Part shown: in pieces, positions 53,001 through 64,000 of the stretch
Position numbering within the stretch: position 1 is the stretch's first letter
Layout: each line of letters begins with the position of its first letter
From: Cenococcum geophilum
Lineage: Eukaryota
NCBI GenBank assembly: GCA_050273025.1
Contig: CP158635.1
Span: forward strand, 8,556,001-8,620,000
Direction: 5' to 3'
DNA: 64,000 bases
Translations under genes and position numbers: made by a program
The notes under the pieces: generated by a model
Told to the model about the DNA's origin: nothing
Seen by the model: only the letters and a program-made list of their open reading frames with translations
Databases searched by the model: none

Positions 53001-56000
53001 TTATATAGCTAAGCTGGGTAAAAATCTTTACCAAACTTAATATTTATTAAGCTTTCTACCGAATTAGAATAGACCCTATATCTAAAGATTTAACTATATT
53101 CCGTACCAATTATAGCTTCTATAAATATAAAGTTTTTTTCTTTAAACTAATAAACGGACTAGCTACGTACCAAAGGTATATAAATAATATTCTTTTTAAT
53201 TACCTAAATGAATTCTGTATAGTATACCTAGACGACATTCTTATATACTTAGATAACGAACTTAAGTATTAAGTTTATATTAAGAAGGTTTTAGAGAGAC
53301 TACGGAACGCGGGCTTATAAGTTAATATTAAGAAATATAAGTTTAGGGTAAAATGTATAAAGTACCTTAGGTTTATTATAACTATAGAAGGAATTAAGGT
53401 TAACTTTAAAAAGGTAAAAGTAATCTGTAACTAGAAGCCCCCTTATATAGTAAAAGGGATCTAGTCCTTCCTTAGTTTTTATAACTTCTACTACTAGTTT
53501 ATCTATAATTATAGAATTATAGCGAAACCTCTTATTTAACTAACTAAGAAGGATACGCCTTTTATCTTTAATAATAACTATATAAAGGCCTTTAAAGAAA
53601 TAAAAGATCGGCTTATCTCTTCCCTAATCCTTTATTACTATAACCCGGACCTTAAATTAATGCTAAAAACGGACACTTCTAATAGGGTCGTAGTAGGAAT
53701 CCTATTATAGCTACATCTGGACGGCGAATAGTACCCTATTATTTTTTTCTTAAAAATAATAGACCTAGCTAAGTATAACTATAAAGTATACAATAAAGAA
53801 ATACTAGCTATTATTTAATTACTATTTTAATAGTGCGCAGAGCTTAAAGGTATAAACTTTAGGATTAAGATATATATAGATTATAAAGCCCTAAAGTACT
53901 TTATAACTATAAAGCAGCTTATTAAACGGCAAGCCTAATAGGCCGAAATACTCTTATAATTCTTCTTTATAATTATATATCGTTTTAGTAAGCAAAACTT
54001 TAAGGCTAATGCCTTAACCTAAATAAAATAAAATATAGGACCCTAAAATAAGCTAAAGACTCTATACTAGACGCGCGCCCTTCTTTACCCCAAATAGCTT
54101 AACCCGCGGATCCTTAGGGAGCTAGACTCTTAGTAAAACTAGCTAGCACTAATAGAGGAGTCTTTAAATAAACTAATAGGGCTAATTAACCGCCTTTTAA
54201 CTATAAACCGCATAGCTAATACCCTAAAGGCCCTCTGTAACTAAGCCGTAAAAAGAGACTCTAATTTTAAAACGGAGGAAGGATTACTCCTATACTAGGA
54301 GCGGCTTATAGTCCCTAACGTTAATAACCTATAGACTAAACTAATCCGCGAAGCTTATTGCTAAATTTCTATAGCATACCCTAGCAAGAATAAGACACGT
54401 AAAATTATTAACTACCGCTACTACTAGCTAAGAATAATTATAAATATTAACCAATATATACGGAACTGCGAAGACTACTAGAGAGCTATAACCCCATAGG
54501 ATAAAACCCTAAGACTACTTAAGCCACTCCTAATACTAGAGCGCCCTTAGTAGTATATCTCTATAGACTTTTATAAGCTACCTATAGACCATAACGGATA
54601 CGATATAGTTATAGTTATAGTTAACCGCTTTAGGAAACGCCCGTTCTCCCTTCCCTATTATAAGAATATTAATACTAAAGAAGTAGCCCGGCTATATATC
54701 TACTACGTTTGCTAAATTTATAAACTACCAGATACTATTATATCTAATTATAGGCTATAGTTTATATCGGCCTTCTAGAATAAGTTTACCGATATCCTAA
54801 GCGTTAAGCTAAAGCTTTTTATAGCTTACTACCCCCAGATAGATGGTTAGACGGAGATTATAAATTAATACCTAGACTAGAGGCTTAGGCCCTTTATTAA
54901 CTACTTCTAGAACAACTAGTTTAAACTACTACCTTTAATAGACTACGCCTAAGTAACTTTACCCTATAACTCCACAGAGTTTGCCCTAATTTAGCTAGAA
55001 ATGGGATACTTACCCTATATAAGCTTTAACTAGAAAAGGTTAGAAGAACCCTAGACTATATAAGAGAAGCTATCCTATAGTAAGGCTTAACAGCACATTA
55101 AATGCTTAAAGGAAGCCTAGATGGTAGCCTATAAAACCCTAGAAAAAGCCTAGAGGTTAATAAAATAGTAGGCGAATAAACACTATTAAGAGCCCGACTT
55201 TACCCCTAGTAATATAGTCTAGGTTATAATAAAGAATTAGAAAACCAAACGACCTAGCTATAAGTTAGACTATTAGATAGTAGGACTATATAAGATTCTT
55301 AAGAAGTTAGGCAACTTATATAAGGTAAAGCTCCCAGATTTAATTAGGGTGCACCCTATTTTCTTACTAGATAAGTTATAAAAAGCTATAAAAAACCTAT
55401 TACCCAAATAAAAGAACGAGCCTCCCCTACTAATTTAAGTAAACGGTAATAATAAATAGGAAGTTAATAAAATACTGGCCTGTAAGATAGTACGGGGAAT
55501 ATTAAAATACTATATTTAATAGAAGGGCTACGACCTGGACCTAACCTAGTACCCTATATAGAACTTTATAGGCTGCCCCTAGAAGCTTAAAGGGTTTTAT
55601 AACTAATACCCTAACATACCTAGACCTCTAAAGTACTTAAATAAGTAGATAGAATACTAGTATAATAAAGATAATAAGTTACTAGAGGAGTATAGGAACA
55701 AAAACGCCCTAAAGCCCTAATACAGCTATCTACCAAATTCTACCAGGTTCTGCCATTTTCTGCTAGTACCGTAAAACTTTAGATATTTAGGAACTTTAAC
55801 CACCAGTTAAAGTTATCTAATTAGTTAGATCCTTACTAAGACTTTTAGCGGCTACTCTTTCTAGCCTAGCGCGTCCACTTAACCTACGGTTACCTCTTAG
55901 TACTTAGTCCAGACGCGCTTATATCTTCTTTCTTTCCTTATCTTATATTTTATAATCTTATGTTTTAGAAGCCTAGTGCTATCTTATTTCTAACCAAGCC

Positions 56001-56245
56001 TAAGGGCAGGCTTTCTTTTAAAGAGGGGGGTAATATAACGGCGCTATTGCACGTTACTTACTAAATTCTGCCAAATTCTGCTAACCTATAATTGATTCGC
56101 CTAAAGCTAGCGCCTTAGCGGCTTACCCTATATATTTATTTACATCGGTCCTAGCGACCCCTTTTTCCTTCTCCTTAGCTTAGTATCTTTGTAATACAGC
56201 ATTCGTTTAAGCTTTAGTTTAGAGGCATTTGTTTAAGCCGTAATA
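50055..56245 (+). mobile_element. Full-length RIPped Ty3/Gypsy chromovirus D inserted in the RT of A2
   Basis: 212-bp LTRs at 50055-50266 and 56034-56245; perfect TSD ATAGG; PPT AAGAGGGGGG; gag knuckle near 51535; intact YLDDILIY near 53225; chromodomain near 55450. Confidence 0.9.
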
Positions 56246-58696
56246 ATAGGTAGTATATAGATCTTTATAAAGATAGATCTAAGATAGGCGTACTATTAGA
56301 TTATAATTAAAGAAGGCAATAAATAAAAGGCAGCCTTTAGGTTAGAGGAAGGACTGTATAATCTATTAGTTATATAATTTAGACTTATAAATATACTAGC
56401 AATATTTTAGAAACGAACTAATAATATATTAAAAGAATACTTAGATAAGTTTATTATGGTACATTTTAATAACATTATTATCTATTTAATAACTAAGGAA
56501 GAATATAGAGAACACGTTAAATAGGTCTTAAAGAGACTATAAAAGGAGTAGATACTAGTAGTAATTAAGAAATATAAGTTCTTTATAAAAAGAACAATTT
56601 TGTTAAATTTATTATTAAACTAGGTTATATTAGTATAGACCTAAAAAAATAGAAGCTATAGTAAGCTAGTAGAAACTAGAGAATATAATATAGTTAAGGT
56701 TTTTTTTAGGGTTTTATAACTACTATAGAAGGCTTATAGCGTAGTAGTTAAAGAATATTAAACTATTTACTAAGCTTACTAAAAAAGAGAAACTATAAAT
56801 ATAAGGAGACAAATAAAGGAAGTTATTTATAAAACTTAAAGAATTATTTACCTAAGAACTAATCCTTAAAATCTACTAACTAGGGTTAGAGATAGTTATA
56901 GAAATAAATATATTAGACTTTATACTAGGAGCATATTTACTATAAAAGTATAGGAACGCATAGCACCTAGCAGTATAATATAGTCGGAAAATAACATCAC
57001 TAGAGTTAAACTATAACATCTATAATAAGGAGTTATTATATATAGTTATAGTAATTAAGAAATAGAGAGTATTCTTATAAGGTATAAAGAAACTATTTAT
57101 AGTTAAAACGGATTATAAGAACCTAATAGTGTTTTTAATAATAAAAGAACTTATTTAGAGATAAGTTAGATAGGCAGAGATGTTTATAAAATACTACTTT
57201 AAGATTTAGTATACTAAAGGGACAGAAAATATAAGAGCTAATGCGCTAAGTAGGAAAGCTAAACTATAAGATAATAAGAAACTATTAGGGACAATATTAC
57301 GGAAAGACAAAGACGGATTAATTACGTATAACTATCTAAAAATTATACTAAGTTAGGAAATATAGATCTATAAATTACTTAAAAGTAATTAGACGTAAAG
57401 AATCGAAAAAGCACAGCTTAAGGATCTAGACTTAGAATAATATAAAAATAGAGAAGTAACTTACGTTTTAAGAGTAATCGTAGAGTAATATATGAGAGAA
57501 TTCTATAAGGGACTAATATAGGGATATAAGGGAGCGTAAGGACTAGTATTAAGACTCTAAAAGAAGTATATTATTAACGGAATTTAGAATTTAGTAAAAT
57601 AAATCATAAGGGAATATCTAGATTGCTAGAGAAATAAACTAATAAGGTATAAGCCATATGGAGAACTATAACTTATTAAAGTACTAAAAAGACTATAGGA
57701 AGTTATATTATAGGACTTTATTATAAAATTGCTAAAATTAAAAGATTCTATTACTGGATAAAAGCATAATGTAATTCTTATAATAGTGGATAAGTTAACT
57801 AAATAGGGCTACTTTATAGTATGTATAAAAGAAATCCTAGTAAAAGATATCGCTAGAATCTATATTAAAGAAATATTTATAAAATATTAAGTACTAATAA
57901 AGATTATATTAGATAGAGACCTAAGATTTATAGCAGTATTCTAGGAGGTATTTTAGCGAAATAAGGGGTTTGTGTAGTAACGTTAATAGTATACTATTTA
58001 CAGATAGGCGGGCAAATAGAAAGACTAAATTAGACACTAGAGTAGTATTTATAGCACTATATTAATTATATATAGAATAATTGGGCATTATTATTATTAG
58101 CTATATAATTTATATATAATATAACACCATAAAAGGGAATAGGAATATTGCTATTTAAGGCGAATTATGGATATAAGCTAAGAATACTATTATCGCCATA
58201 TTAAGTAAAAAAGATAAGTAATGTAGCTAGAGAAAGAATAGAGACACTAATAAATCTTTATATAAACCTTATTAAACTAGCTAAATTAGTATAGATAAGA
58301 ATAAAAAAAGTACTGTAATATTAAGAGATTTAAGAGACTAGATCTAAAGGAGGGAGATAAAGTATAGCTACTATATAAAAATTTTAAGAGTAGATAACTA
58401 AATATGAAATTGGACTATATTAGACTAGGACCTTTTAAAATTGTTTATAAAATTTAATAGTTATATTTAAGTTAAACTCACTAGCTAAAATAAAGATCTA
58501 CCCTATATAGTATATCGCAATACTAGAGCTAGTATATAAAGATATAAAGCAGATACGTATAAAGGGTAAAAAGAAGGTAAATAGTAAGTTTTAAAGATTA
58601 TTAGTTATAAGGATATTAATAATAAAACATAGTACGAGGTTAAGTGGGTAGGCTATAATAAGACTATTTAGAAACTATTATAGAACCTAAAAAACG

Positions 58697-59582
58697 CTAT
58701 AGGAAAGGTATAGGAGTATTAAAAAAACAGGTTAGGTAATATTGTAGTAGTGTACGCGGTCCCTCTCGGATAGGAAGTTATAATGCTATCTATCTGTCTG
58801 TCTGTCTGTTGGTTAGTCAGTCGGTTATTAGTCGTAATCAATTAGTAGGAAAGCAGTCAGTAAGAAGAAAGGAAAGAATATATTCTGGTAGGTCGTGATA
58901 GAGAGAAGGAGGGAAGCCGAAGGCTTAATATATATAGGAAAATGCTAAGGCACTAAGCAGTGGCCTATTTTACCTCACTACAATATTAAGAAGGAGCTAA
59001 AGATAAAGGGATTAGTTAAAGGTAATAGATAAGCCGGATTATTTAAGGGATCTACTACTAGCGTATATTCCACCTTAACTTAATTAGAATCCTTTTTAGC
59101 CTCCTTAGCCTTAAGATTAGCTAAACCTTACTTAGCAAGCTAAAACTTCTTTAAGCGCACCTTTAAAAGATAGGTTAACTAAGTATAAGTATCTAGTTAA
59201 GCTTTTAGAGCCTAGGACACTTTATTAGAGTAATATTAAAGTTTAGCTAGAGCCTTAACTAGTTTACTTTCTAGTCTTTTAGCTGCTACTAATATATAAG
59301 ACCCTAAGACAAATTAAATAAGGAACCAGAATGTTATAGAAAATAATTAAAACGCGTATACTTAGCGTTAGAGATAAACTAGATATTATAGGACGACCGT
59401 ATATTCGCTTATATATATTTAGTATAAAAAGAAGGTTGGCGACTAGATAGAGCCGCAATTATAATATATACTAACTTTTACTCCATATAATAAGAATAGT
59501 ATAGCATAACTTCGCTTAATAAAGGAATTATAGTTACTAGCTAATTATAACAATTAGATATAGAGAATATAATAGGAGGTAT
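58697..59582 (-). pseudogene. A2 copy of the antisense Zn2Cys6-like/coiled-coil gene; intron 59304-59359; interrupted by a solo LTR
   Basis: Same start context, Cys spacing and splice position as 36598-37252. Confidence 0.68.
58743..58982. mobile_element. Solo LTR (240 bp) with 4-bp TSD
   Basis: TGTAGT...ACTACA ends, flanked by ATAT/ATAT. The empty site GGTAATATTAAGAAGG is present in A1 near 12035. Confidence 0.78.
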
Positions 59583-61742
59583 TAAAAATAATAAAGGTTA
59601 CTAAATTAAAGATAGGAATGCTATACCTTTAGTAAACGACTTAAAGATAGAAGATATCTTTAAGGATAAAGATAAAGAGGAGGGAGATGGTATTACGGAC
59701 CTTATAAGGACAGTAATACGGCTACTAAGGAGAGATATGCATAGGTTAGTTAAGATAGTATAAAAGGTACTAAAACTAAGTAAGCTATAGGATAAGGGGT
59801 AGCTAAGTTACGTAACTAGTTACGTTATAAGTTTAGAACGTAGGAACGTAGGAATATAGAAACGCAATATACTAACGTACTAACGTACTAATGTACTTAG
59901 TATATTTCTTAGGCGCAGTACTATATATTTAAAGGACCTTAGTCTTTACCGTAGATAGTTCTCTTCTTTATAGTAAATCTTAAGATATAATTAAAGTTAA
60001 TCCGTTAGGCAACCTACTCTACTAGTTGTTTACGTTATTAACTATTCTATACCTATATACCTAGCCCATTAATAAGTCTACCGTAGTATTTCCTATAAGG
60101 CTTCGTTATAAAGAAGCCCTAAAGAGTAAATAGGTTAAATTAAATATAGAATAGATAGGCTCTAAAAACTATAAGGATAGGGCTACGGCCTAAGGTAGAA
60201 TAGGTCTATAGTCTTTTTATATATATAGTATAGAGTTAATAGGGCATTTTACTAGAATTGCATTTTTATTTATTTATCTATATTAGGAATCTTATTTTTA
60301 GGGCTTTTAAGCTCTTTTTAAAAGCCTTTTAAGGCCTCCTTAAGCACCTAATTAAGGTCCTTAATTGCTACTATATATAAGAATAAATCTTAAATGCCTA
60401 ATTTTAAAAGCCACTATGCCATATTCTTAGGATTAGGATTAGTATCTATCGGCCCTTTAAAAGACAGCTAATAGGAATAAGATCCCTTTATAAATATATA
60501 AGTAGGTATAAAAATAGGGGTAGGATAATAAAGTATAGCAGGAGTAGGGATTCTTAAACGCTTAATACTAATATTAGGTCCAAACTAATACTAATAAAGC
60601 TCTTAGGGCGTTAGCTTATAGTTAATAAAGACACGCTTAAGCCTAAAATAAATAGAGATATTAGCTGGCTAGTTTAGTCTAAAGCCACTAAGACCTTACT
60701 ATAGTAACTATTAGTTACCTATCCGCTAGGTATTTAAAGAGTAACCTACCTAGTAACGCATTATATTATACTCTTTTAAAACTTAACGTATATACGCAAA
60801 CTCCTTTATATAGTAAACGGTAACCTTCTTCTTATTACCCCTATTCTCTACCTATTCTTAGTATACTAACCTTACTCTTATATTAGGTGTTACTAGCTAG
60901 CTTACTAAAAATTATAGGCGATATAAATAGCTATAGTATAGTCTTAAATTTAACTAAGTTATTTAATATTTGCGCTAGAATAAGAGAGAGCCCAGGCAAT
61001 ATAGTAGTTAAGGATATTAAAGAAACGTTGATACTTAGGCCCAAGCTATTAAAGCTTAAAGTTAGTAATAGAAATCTATTAAGAATAGAAAAGCTTACCT
61101 TAACGCAACTGCCGCTTTTAGTACATATGTATTAATTATAAGGACTAAAGGTATTAGATCTAATATAGTGCGTCTTATTATAAGACTCTAAAATCCTTTT
61201 ATTAGATTTCTGGTCTTTTAAAGACGTATAGGCAAAATTATTTAAGTAGGACTAGCACTAGTTATAGGTTAGTGAAGCTTAGGGTTCTATATATAAAGGT
61301 AGGGCTAGGATATATTACAGAATTTACTTAAAAGAGCAGTTAGTAGGAGATTAAAGAGATATGTTAAATTAATAATAAAAAAGGAGAAAATCTTAATAAT
61401 ATATTAAAGATACGTCTAAATTAGACGAAGGTTAATAATGGGAAGTAAGGTATTAAGGAAAAGAAATAGCTTAATAAGCAAGGTTTCTTTATACTTTACT
61501 ATCTAATACCCTTTTAGTAAATAGCCGTAACCTTGCCAATATAACTCCATTATAATAGTGTTATTTAGAAGAAAGGAAATATAAGTATATGTTATCTAAC
61601 TATTACTTATAAAAACTAATTACGCCACTAGGGGAAGGCAATTAAGACGCCAATTAAAGGCGTATATAGGTTAAATTATACCTAAATAATACTATGGTAT
61701 TAAAGAATAACGTTATAAATGTTCTTAATAATCGTATAATAG

Positions 61743-62049
61743 CTATCCCTTAACCCGTCGATTTGGGTCCGTAGCTTATCGATAAGCGCCAGCCAATTAG
61801 ATTAACTAGATTCGATAGTCGTGCTCAGATATTTAAAGCCTTTGGATATTGCTTATTTCTTATACAAAATCTCTATACAAGCTTATTCTTTAGAGTTGAG
61901 CCGCTTAATATAAGGCTGCTAGCAGGTGTCGTTCCCGCATAATTGCAGGGCATAATGGTGGTGTAATTAATGGTTGAATTCTACAGTCTTGATTCTGGTG
62001 TTCGCGCACAGACCACGTACTCTACGGACCCCGACGGGTTAAGGGATAG
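61743..62049. mobile_element. 307-bp MITE with the same termini as the piggyBac-like relic at 1496
   Basis: Perfect 18-bp inverted repeat CTATCCCTTAACCCGTCG / CGACGGGTTAAGGGATAG plus inner GGGTCCGTAG / CTACGGACCC. Confidence 0.85.
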
Positions 62050-62243
62050 GTGCTATTGCGAAGTATCCTTCTTCTCGGATGGTAACCGTCCAGGCGCGGA
62101 CGGTCGGGGCGCCAGGCCCGAAACGGCCTAGTTTACACCGTCGTCGGCCGTGCAGATATGGCCTATGCGCGACCTCAAGAACATCAAAACCTCCAGCACC
62201 AAAATGTAAACAATACTATCAACACCCTATATATATTAACACT

Positions 62244-64000
62244 ATGGTAAAAAATAGGCTTTTAATAACGAGGACTTAATTCTACTAACTATATATCTAA
62301 ACTAGCTAGCTAGTTTAAAGAAAAAAGCCCCCCCTTAGCCTAGGCCTCTACTTAATTTCATACCTCTATATATTAATAATAATAACGAATATAAACGCCT
62401 AAATCTTCTATATAACGTTAATCTAGGCAATGCATATAGTATATTTAAGCTATTCTTTACTAATAAGCTACTTAATAAACTAGTAAACTTTACTAAACTA
62501 TATATAGAGCTGTATTTAACACTAGAGGATAAATAGCTAAAGGGACGCCTATATATATAGAAGTTAATATATAAGCTAGAGCTTTATGCATACTTTATAG
62601 TGCTAATCTATATAGGAATTTATATTAAACTAACTATTAAAGACTATTAGCAATAGAACTTTCGGCGTAGAACGATATATATATATATATCGCGAATATA
62701 TTTTCTATACGAGATAGCAGCAGATTAACCGCTATTTCTACTATACTATATCTTAAAAAGATCGTAATAAGGCCTTCTATAGTACCTTTAAACGTATTTA
62801 GGACCTTAGTAAGTATATTTAAACTTACTATTATCAATATTATTACCCTAGAGTCTATCTTACTATTAATAAGACAACTAACCGGTTTACTAGCTAAGTA
62901 TTTAAAATAGTTAATATTCTAATAAAGCTAATAATAGAAGGTTATAAGATATAGGTCCTAGTAAATTAAGGCTACCTTCTTAATTAATATCTTATACGGT
63001 CCTAAACCTAGTCTATATAGATAAATACCAATAATTTAGGTATAAAAAACCTTTAAGGGAGACGTAAGTAGTAATACAGCATATACCCCTCTAAGTATTA
63101 CGCATATACTATATTAATAGGAGGAAAAATACTATTAGGTTAACTGCTTTAAGACTAATAGTCCCTAATAGCCTATCTTACCCTATCTACCCTTTATACT
63201 ATACTTCTATATTATTATAGATTGCTATTAGATATCGTTTACCTATCCCTAGCCTCTTACTACCCTATATACGTATATACGCCTACCTACTGTCCTCCTA
63301 TAACCCTCCCTAAGGTATTTAACCTACCTCCTATCTCTCTATATCTAATAGCGTACTTAATCTAGTATTATACTAGCAATAGAAGTATACTAAGCCCCTA
63401 TAACTAAGTACCTATACTACTAATGTAATAGAATAAAGTTAGGGGGGTTAAAGTAGAGGAAGACACAATAAGAAGGTAGATAGACTCTACCTACGAGGTA
63501 TATATAGTTTAACCGCGTATAGGTGCCGTATAGTATATCGTTATACCATATAAGAGGAAGGGGGACGCCATAAGTAGATGCCGTGGTTTAAGTATACTAG
63601 ACGTATACGTAAAGACGTAATAGTTATATTCGTAAGCCTCCGTTAGGGCTTACCCTCCTAGTAAGAAAATTCTACGCACTACTACCACGTCGCAGCACTA
63701 GCGCTGCGCTGCTATACGTATGTCTCTACGTTTACTCTAGTAGTCTATTAGTATAATCCTAATAAAATACTAATAGTAGCTGCTAGGTTCCTGGGCTCTA
63801 CCGCGTAGAGGTATAGAGGCTAATTTTATACAGCTCTAATTAGATATATTATATAAAGGGTAAGAAGAAGAGTTCCTTTAAGCTAGATAAGTATTAATAG
63901 AAAGAGGAAGGATTTACTAAAATGGAATTAGTAGTACTTAATTTACTAATATAGGTAGAGAAGAATTTTAAAAAGCGCCTTTACTCTCTAAATAAGTATA
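62244..64000 (+). pseudogene. Second RIPped piggyBac-like transposase, interrupted at 62986-63836, runs off the window; 5' boundary approximate
   Basis: De-RIPped IFKLFFTD-LLD-L--FT--YA, LTVDET--RF-G and GYKIWVLANQGYLLD, resuming after the insert as W-YH-KG-KK---LDEY----GF-KT--VVLDLL, parallel to the copy at 1800-2500. Confidence 0.75.
62986..63836. other. Unclassified 851-bp insertion within the transposase
   Basis: Flanked by TAATT on both sides, and the transposase frame resumes exactly afterwards. No TG..CA ends or TIRs recognised. Confidence 0.55.

Larger units (their letters stand above)
34433..60110 (+). mobile_element. Gypsy family A copy A2, complete, expanded to 25.7 kb by nested insertions
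   Basis: LTRs at 34433-34843 and 59691-60110; TSD AAGAG/AAGAA; gag, protease, RT, RNase H, integrase and chromodomain are colinear once the inserts are removed. Confidence 0.82.

Noticed and set aside
1496..62049. Giant composite transposon bounded by the 1496 and 62049 ends and carrying HisRS
   Set aside because: The 62049 end pairs better with 61743 (shared inner GGGTCCGTAG), and a TA flank is too short to link the distant ends. Not excluded but unsupported.

Overview
Filamentous ascomycete DNA. After about 1.5 kb of ordinary GC-balanced sequence, the window is a ~62 kb nest of transposable elements mutated by RIP (repeat-induced point mutation: TpA-rich, CpA/TpG-poor, in-frame stops from CAR/TGG codons, YLDD read as YLDN). 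Resolved by eye using LTR pairs, TIRs and target-site duplications (TSDs): six Ty3/Gypsy chromovirus-type elements, four solo LTRs, a TRIM-like LTR element, a Tad-like LINE, an ORF1-only non-LTR retroposon, hAT-like and TA-flanked MITE-like elements, and two piggyBac-like transposase relics. The only intact protein gene is a 4-exon histidyl-tRNA synthetase (20110-21717, minus strand) on a ~1.8 kb un-RIPped island. Best leads: (1) all three copies of one Gypsy family carry an antisense, intron-containing gene for a ~199 aa Zn2Cys6-like plus coiled-coil protein between the chromodomain and the 3' LTR; (2) an un-RIPped TRIM with a perfect TSD whose two LTRs have non-homologous middles and a half-tRNA(iMet) primer site; (3) the isolated, possibly paralogous HisRS; (4) piggyBac-like ends extending symmetrically beyond TTAA; (5) an ORF1-only LINE derivative; (6) two unrelated MITEs sharing a 12-mer satellite. 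All alignments and de-RIPped translations are manual and no database searches were run.
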